From Chlorokybus atmophyticus (taxonomy: Eukaryota; Plantae; Mesostigma and Chlorokybus algae), in assembly GCA_009103225.1 (NCBI GenBank), contig RHPI01002533.1, positions 1,555,186 through 1,619,185 of the forward strand: 64,000 nucleotides of DNA, read 5' to 3'. The notes beneath the pieces were generated by a model. That model was not told where the DNA came from. It worked only from the letters and a program-made list of their open reading frames with translations, and made no database searches. Of this stretch, positions 53,000 through 64,000 are shown in pieces. The translations under genes and the position numbers were made by a program. Position 1 is the first letter of the stretch. Each line of letters begins with the position of its first letter.

Positions 53000-55210
53000 A
53001 GCGGCTGTGCGTGTTGCTGAATATGATGATGCACGTTACATTGGCGACACCTGTGTCGACGTCAGTAGGGAGCTATGGGAGTCCTTTGTTCGTATTGCCA
53101 CATGCGCTTCGCCACATGCAGCTTGGTCTACATGCACATTATTAGCAGCAGGGTTTGCAAGCAAATCAAGCTGTATGTCGGCCAGCGTCCATTACAGTAC
53201 GATGCGGGTCATGTTGAACCAGGGAGTTCCATCCAGGATGCGCACATGCTGGATGCTGAAGGACCCCTCCAGGAGACACACGCACATCATCAACAGGAGC
53301 AGGAGGAAGTGAACGAGGGCTTTCAATGTGTGCGTGTGCCGAAGAAACTTGTGGCACGCCATATGAAAGTGGAGGCGTCCCCTCGCACGCGTTGAAATCC
53401 GGGTTGTATGGCTCGGAGCATGCTCTTGCAATGGCATTCGTGCAGTGCAACAACGGCCAAGGCCTGTCGGCCTCCGACATGGGGCGGATCATCAACTGCA
53501 TATAAAATGCACATTTCTTGACGGAAGAGCTCCAATGGGAGACCGGTGTGCATGTGGGCAGCTACCTCCGGACCACAATTGCTTTCTCTCAATCTGAGAT
53601 GTGTTCACGGTGTACGGTGCATGTGCTTCAACCATAAGAGCCATGTCACATATACACATGCGAGTGTGCTGCCGTATCAGAACTATGTGACCTACGCAAG
53701 CCTGGAGACCCTGAGGATCACGACATCAGTGTTACATATATGACGACCAAGGTCTGTAAAATGCAGTATCTAATCTGAGGCCAGTATGGCTGTTATGCTC
53801 TTGGTCGGAGCAGGTATGGCTCGCGTGGTTATATGGCAATTCAAATGCCGCTAAGGGCTTCAATCTGCAGTACAGTGGTGACGAGCACAGCTTTGGCCAT
53901 CCTTCCACGGGCAATTGGTGGAAGGATGTTGAGGTGGATTTGAGGAGAGAGGTGGGGGAAGAGTCCTACTTGGCGCCTGCCATTCTGTACAATAACAAGA
54001 CTACGCTAGACAGCGAGGGCAAGCGCTCTGACTACCCTCTGATGGCATCGCTTGCCAACTACAGTTCGGACATCTATGCTAGCAACATGGGGGTAATTAT
54101 AATAGCGCTTCTGCCGGTGGTTCGCGCAGTGGCCGGGCATCTTACCTGGGCGCAAGGCAAGGATTCGTTCCAATTCGGAAACATGAGATTTTCAATGACG
54201 TTTGAATGTAGTGTTAGGGGATGTGAAGCGGGCGAGTTGGGAAGGTCTGCAGCTCATTGACCCGAATGGCATTGAGCATTGTGTGTTTCTCGCACTTACC
54301 TACTACATTTACGACTTGCAGGTAGTGGGCATGCATGCTTGTAACCGGATGCAGCCTGCCGGCAAATAGTGCATGGAGGATGTGGTCACTGCAGCATCTT
54401 AGTTTGTTATATTGCAAGAGACTGCCACACTCGCACGCACTGTGTCGAGCAACCAAACATGACATCCTTGCATTGTTTGTCTCGTCACCATATCTGTTGA
54501 AGATGAATGAGGATGCGGAATTGAGTACCGAGGCTTTCTACAAATCAGCAATACGACAACTGCGGGCGTACAAAATGCGTTGTGGAGTTTGTGACAGTTG
54601 CGGGTGCCGGGAGCTGATTGCTACTCTCGCCTTGCCCTTGACGCAATGCATGTGCTGACAAATATCATGACGACCTGCTTGCTACTGTGTACGACGCTGC
54701 GAAGGAATGCATGTGTTCATCCACGAGACAGATTCTGCAAGCCAAGCACGTCTTTGGTGTTTCCTTTGTGTTGAACACAAAAGCCAACAACACGTGCTCA
54801 CAAGCAAATGTGCATAGACTGAATGCATGCAAGGCGACTCTACGGGTTCGCACTTCAAGGCACCCACAAGCACAGTAGATTTTTTCTTGTCCGACCACTC
54901 CTTTCAGATGGTGGAGAAAGTGGCGGTGCTGCAGCTGCCGGTCCTTGCAGACGGTTTGCTGCTCGACAGTGAGGGCAACGATTTCTTCACCATTGCTGCC
55001 GCATCGCTTGCCCAGTCGAACAAGAAGTTGCTCAAGGTGAATGAACACACAAGAGAGACCCTGATCAGACAGCCAACAACGACCTGGCTGCCTTTAAATG
55101 CAGTGTTGCATCCGCTACTGTCGTCATATTCCGCACAGAGGTCAGGTTCGAAAATCGCAAAGATGCATCAGCTCACTCATTTTGGGTCGGCAGTTATTAG
55201 CAGTGGACAC
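53000..55210 (+). pseudogene. Plavaka-type transposase, intron-containing, degenerate and truncated
   Basis: YMTTK|VWLAWLYGN (intron ~53753-53813), HPSTGNWWKDVE...LAPAILYNNKTTLD...YPLMASLANYSSDI...IIIALLP, and KIAKMHQLTHFGSAVISSGH just before the E2 LTR. These resemble Plavaka core motifs W-W, ILYSDKT, YP-x-Y/M-x-T/S-x-GN and PKxHxxxHY. Confidence 0.7.
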
Positions 55211-55534
55211 TGTAACGGAGTGCTACCGCTATGCGGTTCCCCGCCTTTATTTAATGAGAAATACGGGTGCCAACGGGATAAACACAGCCATTAAAGTCGT
55301 ATTAGGGCTTTTATAGGCCCTAATAAGGTGTTATGTTATTTAACACCGATATCGACTTGAGTTATGAGTCTTAAGTTGATATCGGCCTCATGGCGGCGCT
55401 GCTAACGCACCGACCGCCATAGCCAGGGGATCTTTCGATCCCCTGGCTGCCAGCGGCGGTGGCGGTGACGTGGCTGTGGTTGGTGGTGTTGGGGTAGGGG
55501 ATTAAAGGGGGCAGTAGCACTCCCCCCCCTTACA
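55211..55534 (+). repeat. E2 5' LTR
   Basis: TGTAAC...TTACA. Homologous to the 63708-64000 copy and to the E1 LTRs. Confidence 0.96.
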
Positions 55535-56492
55535 TTGGTATCGGAGCGAGGACGGCGAGGGGTTTGTGGGGGGGCGGCGGCGGCTCTGGCGGCGCAATAG
55601 CGGCAGCAACTACCGGCGGTAGGCGACGCAGCAGGCGACGCAGCAGCGGTGGCAATGGCAACGGCGGCGCTAGCTTAGCTACCCATAAGTTAGGGTGGGC
55701 AGTGGTGTTGGTTGTTGTTGTTGTTGTTGTTGTGCATAACGCTGCTGCTGGTGTAGCTTAGCTTAGCTTAGCCTTGCTTGCTTGCTTGCTTGGCCTAGCC
55801 TAGCCTAGTCGCCCTGGCCTAGCCTAGCTTGCTGTTAGGGGAGGCGGCCATTCAGGCTTTCTCCTCTAGGCATTGCATGTCCAGCACATCACATAGTATT
55901 TTATATCGTTATAAACACTTGTGTGTGCTTGGGACATTGCCACGTGGATTCGTGGTGGTGTGAAGGGACATGTTGCCAGGGACTAACAACTCGCACAGAA
56001 GCTATATTAGCTCTGCCGAGCAAATCTATATAGCCTATGCATATCTATATCATTTACACAATCCTTCTTTGAGAGCAGTCCGATGGCAACATCGGCTGTT
56101 TCGGCCGCCAATCAGTGCCGTGAGGCCGTCATAGTCATTCTGAGCGGCCAATATCAAATTCACGACTCACGACTTGTCGATATCGGCCTGTAGGGCTGAT
56201 TCAACGAGAATTTGGCACCTTGTGTGTCAATTGCAATTGTGAATTATGCTGAGTTGTACAAATTGAAAACTCTGAGTGCCTATAGCTTGTGCACCGTCGC
56301 GTGCATTCGCATGCGATTTGTTTACAAGCGAGTGTCTTGTTGAGAGGTGTTGGGCAGTCATTTTACGGGCTGTTTAACCCAAGTATAGCACCTTGAATTC
56401 AACGAGAAAGAAACAACAAATTTTGACACTTTCAAGGTGCACAACTTGCTCGTGCACTTACAAACTTGTTGACGGCTTCTCTCCTTGGGCAG

Positions 56493-57933
56493 ATGTCTCA
56501 CCAAGGAGAGGAAGGAGGGATGTATCCCGTACCTGAGGATTCATCCTATGAGCCATCGAGTGATGAGGAAGTGAAGCACTCAGACACGAGTGGTGGTTAC
56601 AGGGTCAGTGAGGAGGAAGAAGCCAAGTCCAAGAGTGGTGAAGCTTCTTCAAAGAAATCCTCTCATGATGACCAACCTATGGACGCTCAGAGCATCATCG
56701 GGGCGGCCATAGCGAAGTACGCATCAGAGCGTGAAGCTCTTCTTGCTGCACACCCCCAGCTTCGCAAGGAAGTGTGGGATGAGTGGGCGCAGCAAGTCCG
56801 TAATGCATACGAGACGGACTTCGTGGCACTCCCGCGCGCAAGCAAGGAGATGGTAATTCGCATGATCGAGCACGAGTTGACGCGTAATGTACCGCAACTC
56901 ATGCGCACAGATCCGGCAGTGGCCACTCTTATGGCTACTTATGACAAACCAGGCCCGTATCCAGGCCAGAGGATGGCTTTCGAGGCTCTCATTGACGGTG
57001 GAAACTCAAAAGCGTTGCAAGGACCTCTTCTGGTACTTAAGGCCTGAGCTGGAGGAGAAGTTAGCTCGAGAAGAGCGCTTGACTGCACGCCTCGATGCTA
57101 TGCAGTTCGAGTTGGTGGCATTACGCCAGCAGGTGGCCGGGGCTACCACAACTGTAGCAGGGACATCAGTTGGCCTACCCGTCATAGCGCTGAACAAGCC
57201 CGAGAAGTTCAAACCCAATGGGGCTGTGAACATTCATGATTGGGTGGTGAATGTAAAGCGCTACTTGGCTGCACTTCAGCGACCAGTTAGTGAGCATACA
57301 TCTGTTGCTGAGTTGCTCATGCCACCTGACGCTTTGGCCGAGTGGGCGCGTCAAACGAAGGATGGTGCTTCCAAGATTGTGGAGGCATTCTTTCAGTTCT
57401 TGGTGGAGCGCTATGATGACATGGACCCGGCTACTGCTGCTCGCAACAAGCTTACCAAGCTGCGACACAATGGTCGGGCGGCTTCAGTGTACTTGCACGA
57501 GTTTCAGGCACTTGTTGGCCGTGTTAACAGTGGGCTCATGCCCATGGACAAGGCTGAGCAGTTTGACCTGTACAAGCGCGGCTTGGATGCGCACTTGCGC
57601 GACCAGTTGCAGTACAATATGTCGATAGGGCAACCTTGGGTTCCCGCGGACCTCGCAACCTTGCAAAGGTTGAGTGTGTAACTGTTCAATGACGATGCTG
57701 CGGCTGTGCAGGACAAGTCACAGGTGGTGGCTTCAGTCAAGCCACATGGGGGAGGAGGGAAGCGGTTCCCTCCACCAAGTGCGCATGCCGCGAAAAGGCA
57801 AAAACCTCACTACGCACCTGCGAGTTGTGCTACGCCTATTGCAGCACGCGCCTGCTACGTGTGCCATTAGTCAGGTCACATTGCAAAGAACTGCCGAACC
57901 AAGGGAAAGGGCAAGGCCAAGAAGGTTGAATAG
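56493..57933 (+). pseudogene. E2 gag (frameshift ~56995, further stops, broken CCHC knuckle)
   Basis: Collinear with E1 gag. A ~5-nt deletion at AFEALID, CYVCH*SGHIAKNC, and an end at TAG 57931-57933. Confidence 0.9.
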
Positions 57934-58875
57934 GATTACATCGTGACTGATGCACCTTCATCTAGTGGCCAATTGCTAGTGTTACATGCAGCAACGTCGC
58001 AAAATGTTTCCCCAATCGGCCGACTAAATATTGGCAACGGCCGTGCACCTGAGGATACTCAGCTAGACTGTCGTGGCTCAGTCCACCTGTAATCTCGATA
58101 CAGACACCTGAGTATAACTTCCGTTACTATCGGGCCCTAACCGTTACAATTTAGTCCCTATTAGGTGACTGTGCGTAACTAACAGGTGCCTGTTAGTTAC
58201 GCACCGGCAACTGTATGATAACTATGCTCGACTGTCAGGCTGGTCAATTACACAGTCACTTTCAGGTACTTATGCGTAACTAACAGGCAATCGTACGCTG
58301 CCTAAGCGTGACTGACAGGCACCTCATGGTACCTGCCATTATTGATGTGTACCTTAGAAGGTACCTATTGGTACCGTTCCATCATGATTAGGTACTACAC
58401 GTGCGTGTCATGCTGTGAACGTGATTATGGAAAAACACATATGATAATATAAAGTTAGTCTGTTACAATTGTAACGTTGCTATGCGCAATGTAAACTACA
58501 CTAAGCTACAACAAGTACCTGCAGTAGTAGTCTACCACTACTACTGCAACTATCCTTATACTATTCTTCATCGCCGCTCCTCCTCCTCCGCTCCTGCGCC
58601 GCCGCCGCCGCCTGGCCTGGTCGGCCTGGCCTGGTCGCCATGAGGCAGCAAAGGCGGTTAGCTTGAGCAAACAACACAACGTCATGACACACAAGCAAGC
58701 TTACCTCGCCATCGCCGCCGCCTCTCACACTGCGCCGCCGCCGCCGCCTGGCCTAGCCTGGTCTGGTTGGTTGGTCTAGCCGCCGCCCTGAGGCAAGAAG
58801 GGCGGTTGGGCTGCAGGTGTACTTGCGCACAACACAACTATAACACACAAGCGGACAGACTCACCTACTGTCGAT

Positions 58876-58906
<31 letters not shown>

Positions 58907-58927
58907 GCCGCAGCCGCAGCCGCAGCC
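58876..58927. repeat. (GCC)n/(GCAGCC)n microsatellite
   Basis: cgccgccgcc...gcagccgcagccgcagcc, directly visible. Confidence 0.95.
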
Positions 58928-58974
58928 CCTGCACAACGCTCAAGTCAAGTGTCCAACTTGAACATGACGGTGTT

Positions 58975-59293
58975 GAAGCCGTTGGGCGTTTGAATTGCCG
59001 AAGACACGATGGCACAATCGTACCATTACAATGGTACGATTGTGCCATTGCCACAATGGAAGCATCGTATTATGTCAATGGTACGTTAATTGCATCGTAT
59101 GATAGACTATCATACGATGCAATCAACTATCAANGAAGCCGTTGGGCGTTTGAATTGCCGAAGACACGATGGCACAATCGTAACATTGTAATGGTACGAT
59201 TGTGCCATTGCCACAATGGAAGCATCGTACTATGTCAATGGTACGTTAATTGCATCGTATGATAGACTATCATACGATGCAATCAACTATCAA
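58975..59293. repeat. 160-bp tandem duplication joined by a single N; each unit has two long palindromes
   Basis: Copies at 58975-59133 and 59135-59293, with N at 59134. Palindrome arms are 18 bp (loop 2 nt) and 17 bp (loop 1 nt). Confidence 0.9.
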
Positions 59294-62200
59294 TAATTCA
59301 TTGATACTCCCGACTTGCCGGCAGTACGCGGCGACAAATAGGAACTGCTGGTCACGTGCTTGTCAGTATAAGACCGTCGCCGAGCATAATGTGTCACGGT
59401 TAGGTGACGACCGACGTCGACCGGCACCACAAGTCACTCAAAGGCGACTTGCTTGCCACAACAGGCAGGCCGCCGCGCATACAACATGCCGGCTAGGCTA
59501 CGACCGACGGTCGGCCGTTACTATACATAATGACCAAAAGGTGATTTGTTTGCTACAAACAGCAGTCGCCACCGCGCAATGGCCGACCAACAATCGGCCG
59601 TTACTATAAGTGACCGAGAAGTGACTTGTTTGCCACAATAGGTAGGTCGCCATCTGGCACAATGACCGACCGGCGGTTGGCCGTCACTGTAAGTCACGTG
59701 CTTGCCATATTAGGCAGGCCGCCGTTGTATGTACCCATCGACCGTCGGTTGGCCGTCAACAACAGTCCACATTAGCCGACGGCAGACCCAACAGTTCAGG
59801 AGTGACATGTTAGGCAGGGTTGGGTAGGGTCAGGCACCCGTCAGTCCCTCAGTCCCTGGTCAGTCACCGTGCAAAATTTGCGACGAAACTGGTTTGATGA
59901 ATTGTCTCGTGTACATGTAATGACACATGCATGGCAAGCACATGATAAGCTACCACTTATTTATAGTGGAAAAGTGGATGACCAGGCTTGTGTGCTAGTG
60001 CATGTAGAATTTAACATGCTGGCAGACGTTTTGCGCATATTGTGTGAGTTATAAAATAAACACACGACACTGAGTGTGGTTGTCATGGTGCCGAAGTATC
60101 ATGGACCGTGGCTAAAGCATACTCGGGGGGGAACTATGTTGAAACAATTTACAAAGCGTGAGACGGGGACGGTGCGGTTGTCAGCAACATTGATTAACCC
60201 GCGCATTCGTCACGGAATCTTGGCTACCTTTCAAGGGCGAGTAGTACCTTTATTGTGGACCTTCACAGGCACGGCACAGAGTATCACAAGCTTATTCTTG
60301 GTTGACACCGGGGCAACGCATAACTTCGTTGAAGAAAAATGGGTTATGCGCAATAAGATAGCGTGTAAACCCTCAGCATTCTCAGCTGCTGGTGCTGGGG
60401 GTACGTTATCGGTAAAAGGTGAAATCAAGTTGAAAGTTAAGATTGGTAGTTATTAAGCCAGTTTATCTTTCATCGTAGTACCCATTGACATAGTTGGTGT
60501 TGATGTGGTATTTAGCCAACAATGGCAGAATCAAGTGTCTATAACATTGGATACTGCTGCACGGCTGTGCACAGTAAAGAAGGGGCGTAAGCGCATCACT
60601 TTGTCCGTGCAGGGGTCGCATAGCTTGGAATACAAGCAAACAGACCTTGCGTTACTTACGGCGCTTCAAGTGAAGCGTGCGTTATGTAAAAACACACCTG
60701 CTTTTCTAATGCACTTAACGTCGAGTGATGATGTAGTGCCTGGCAATACAACAGGTGTGGCGGACATCATTGAGAAATTTCAGGATGTGTTCTCAGATGA
60801 GTTGCCGGGCTTGCCCCTTGATCGAGGTGTCGGACACACAATACCTTTAATCCCTAACAGTAAGCCTCCATTTCGGCCTATATATAGATTGAGCCCTCGT
60901 GAGAGGGGGGAAATGGAAACATCGATAAAAGAGTTATTGAAAAAGGGATTGATTGAACCAAGTTCTTCACCCTTTGGCGCACCCATATTGTTTGTTATGA
61001 AAAAGAATGGGAAGTTGCGAATGTGTGTGGATTACCGTGCTCTAAATAAGATCACGGTACAGAACAGATACCTGTTGCCAAGGAGTGATGATGTGTTTTA
61101 CAACTTGTCAGGGAATGCGTACTTTAGTACGCTAGACTTGACAAGCGGCTATCATCAAATCCGGATTCATCATTTGGATGAATACAAGACAGCATTCAAG
61201 ACACCTACGGGCCATTATCAATACAAAGTTTTATTTTTTGGATTGACTAATGCCCCCGCTGTGTTTCAGAAGGAAATGAATAAAACTTTCGGTGACATGC
61301 TTGGTCAACATGTCATGATGTACTTGGATGACATCATTGTCTTCACTAAAACAAAGGAAGAACATAGGCAACACTTGGAAGCGGTGTTTGCAAGATTGCG
61401 CAAGCATCGTTTGTTAGCAAATCTCATCAATTGTGATTTTTGTAAAACGGAGTTGCCATTTCTTGGTCACATTGTGAGTGGTGCATGTATTAAACCTGAC
61501 CCTCGCAAAGTGCAGATTGTGAAAGATTGGCCCCAACCTCAATATCCATCAACTAAGGTCGTTTCTAGGGTTGGCAAACTATCTTTGCAAGTTCATGATG
61601 GGGTACTCGACAGTTGTCATCCCTTTGACCAAACTGTTGCGTAAAGATGCCCCGTTCAATTGGACAACAGCACAAGAAGTTGCTATGCAAAAGGTGAAGT
61701 TGGCTTTAACATCGGCGCCAGTGTTAGCACTGTCAAATTGGGACAAACACTTCACAGTGATCAGTGACGCATCAACACTTGGGTGTGGTGCGGTACTATA
61801 GCAAGATGGTAGACCTTGTGCTTAAGAGAGTAGGAAGTTCATTCCTGCAGAGGTGAACTACACTACGACAGAGCAAAAACTATTGGGTATAGTTCATGCT
61901 CTCGAGACATGGAGATGTTACTTAGAGGGTGTTCAGTTCACTGTTGTGACTGATCACAACCCGTTGGTATATTTCTCAACACATCAAAACTTGTCGAGGC
62001 GGCAAGCGCGCTGAAATGAGTTTTTGTCCAGGTTCACCTTTGATTGGGTGTATCGGGCGGGCAAAACCAATGTGGCTGACCCTTTAAGTTGCTGCCCGAC
62101 ATTACGAACGGTGGTGCACGCGCAATTACTCGCGTCACGCAGCACATTGTCTCCCCATGATGAGTTTGTGCAAACTGTTGTACAGAGGTACACTCTTGAC

Positions 62201-63707
62201 CCGTGGTTTTCTAATGCAGACAACTTACAAAAGTTTGACAAACGTGACAATCTGTATTACATGAGCAACAGGTTGGCGATCCCTGATCATGCTGAATGGC
62301 GTGTAAAATGCATAGCGGATGTACACGATCCACCTTACGCTGGGCACTTTGGTAGTCGCAAGACCACTAAAACAGCGCAACAGTTGTACTGGTGGCCATC
62401 GTTGCCTGCTGATGTGAAGGGTATGTGGACACGTGTGACAAATGTCAACGTCACAAACCGTTACGTCAAAAGCCCACGGGGCTACTGCGGCCGTTATCAG
62501 TTCCTGACAGCAAGTGGGAAAGTGTGAGTATGGACCTTATCACTGAGCTCCCTGAGACAGCGTTGGGTCATACTGCGGTTGCAATGTTTGTGGATCGTTT
62601 GACCAAAGTGGTTCACATTGTTCCTTGCCGTATGGAGATAGGCTCCCGTGATTTAGCAATGGTTTTTGTCGCGTAAGTTTAAGTTGCATGGCTTGCCTCG
62701 CAACATTGTCTCTGACCGTGACCCCAGGTTTGTGGCTCAGTTTTGGAAGTCGCTATGCAACTTCCTGCAGATACAGCAGCACATGAGTACCGCTTATCAT
62801 CCGCAGACGGATGGTCAGACTGAACGACCCCAATCAAGTGATCAAGGAAACCATTCGGCATTATGTGAGTCCGAATCAGTCTGATTGGGATATTAATCTT
62901 TCAATGGCTGAGTTCGCGATTAACAATGCATGGCAAGAGAGCGTGCAGGAAACTCCGTTATTTTTAAATTACGGAGTGCATTCACAAAGTCCTACGGGTA
63001 TTAAGTTGCCAGCTAACGACTTGACTCGTGTGCCTGCAGCGCGCGAGATGGCTGCGGCCATGCAGGACAGGTTTGCAAAGAGCTGTCTACGCGCAGCGCA
63101 AGACAGACAAAAAGCCCAAGCTGATAAGCATCGTAGGCAGGCCGACTATGATGTGGGCAATTCGGTGCTTTTAAGCACTTAAAACATATCCATCAAGGGA
63201 GTGGGTACCCGAAAGTTTTTCCCTCGCTGGATAGGCCCCTTCAAAGTGGTTGATCGGGTCGGCACTCACTCGTATCGGTTGGAGTTACCACAATCCGTAC
63301 ATATTTATGTGAGTGTATTGAAACCGTACCGTTCAGACGGTCGGGTTCAACCTCCTCCACCCCCAGTCACAGTGGATGGCGATGATACTTTCGAGTATGA
63401 GGTAGAAACAATTCTGAGTCACCGTAAGCCCCGACGCGGACGCGCGCCGACTTACTTGGTGAAATGGAAAGGGTATGGTGTGTTCAACACCATACCCAAC
63501 ACGTGGGAACCCGAAAGGAATCTCACCAATTGCCAGAAGACTCTTCGGGCGTACTCGAGTGATGTGTCCGCACGCGGACGGTAAAAGGGTGCTGGCAGAC
63601 ATCTTTATCGCTTCGGCCCTGGTTCATTTCTCACTCAGGTTTTTAGTGCTCACGGTGGGGCCTTGCTAACCCTTGAATAAGGACATTGAAACCTAAGTGG
63701 GGGGGAA

Positions 63708-64000
63708 TGTAACGGAGTGCTATTGCTATGCAGTTCCCCGCCCTTATTTAATGAGAAACCCCAACGGGATAAACACAGCCATTAAAGTCGTATTAGGGCC
63801 TTTATAGGCCCTAATAAGGTGTTATGTTATTTAACATCGATATCGACTTGAGACATGAGTTTTAAGTCGATAACGGCCTCATGGCGGCGCTGCTAACGCA
63901 CAGACCGCCATAGGCAGAGGATCCTTCGATCCCCTGGCTGCCAGCGGCGGCGGCAGCGGTGACGTGGATGTGGTTGGTGGTGTTGGGGTAGGGGATTAAA
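63708..64000 (+). repeat. E2 3' LTR (truncated by window end)
   Basis: Starts TGTAACGG after PPT AAGTGGGGGGGAA. Differs from the 5' LTR by roughly 15-20 substitutions and 2 small indels, counted by eye. Confidence 0.96.

Larger units (their letters stand above)
51237..55210 (+). mobile_element. Plavaka (CACTA/EnSpm-related) DNA transposon, interrupted by E2
   Basis: Left terminus inferred at ~51237-51252 from inverted homology with the end of the 57995-59885 insert. Contains transposase exons and is cut by the E2 LTR at 55211. Confidence 0.65.
57995..59885. mobile_element. Non-autonomous 1,891-bp DNA element (TIR CGTCGCAAA, 2-bp TSD AA), probably Plavaka/CACTA-type
   Basis: Removing 57995-59887 restores CAT GCA GCA AAC TGG TTT in frame with the E1 sequence GTA GCA AAC TGG TTT. 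Ends are CGTCGCAAA / TTTGCGACG, with AA on both sides. Interior is rich in subterminal and tandem repeats, with no transposase. Confidence 0.8.
57934..63584 (+). pseudogene. E2 pol, interrupted by 1.9-kb insertion; stops/frameshifts
   Basis: FLVDTGATHNF, LRMCVDY, LDLTSGYHQI, YLDDII, RNase [18 protein letters not shown] and chromodomain EYEVETIL...YLVKWKGY...NTWEPERNL. Confidence 0.95.
55211..64000 (+). mobile_element. Ty3/gypsy chromovirus-type LTR retrotransposon E2 (sister of E1, opposite orientation; runs off window end)
   Basis: 5' LTR 55211-55534, PBS TTGGTATCGGAGC 55535-55547, PPT ending 63707, 3' LTR from 63708. Left target flank GACAC. Same domain order as E1. Confidence 0.97.

Overview
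Eukaryotic nuclear DNA from a green alga. Evidence: GT-AG introns, plastid- and mitochondrion-targeted genes, and land-plant-like katanin, QCR9, GDPD and pectin acetylesterase. An early-diverging streptophyte alga is my inference, not something the sequence proves. Bases ~1-40,000 are gene-dense: TMEM144-like transporter, katanin p60, an F-box-like relic, ferredoxin PETF, pectin acetylesterase, CWC27 cyclophilin, an unknown membrane protein, plastid RPL6, plastid IF-2, QCR9, GDPD4-like, DUF4079, and a secreted vanadium-dependent haloperoxidase with an HRM-like N-terminal module. Bases ~40,000-64,000 are a nested transposon cluster. A Tc2/pogo-like MITE is split by a decayed chromodomain Ty3/gypsy element (E1, minus strand). 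A Plavaka (CACTA-like) transposase element is split by a sister Ty3/gypsy element (E2, plus strand). E2 in turn carries a 1.9-kb non-autonomous element whose end matches the Plavaka element terminus. The strongest observations are four. (1) Both LTR copies have gag and pol in one frame separated by a shared UAG. (2) Directly after that UAG is a conserved domain resembling a catalytically altered Dam-type methyltransferase fold. (3) The haloperoxidase with its HRM-like module. (4) The Plavaka autonomous/non-autonomous pair. All family assignments come from motif recognition by eye; no database searches were run. Exon coordinates were read manually.
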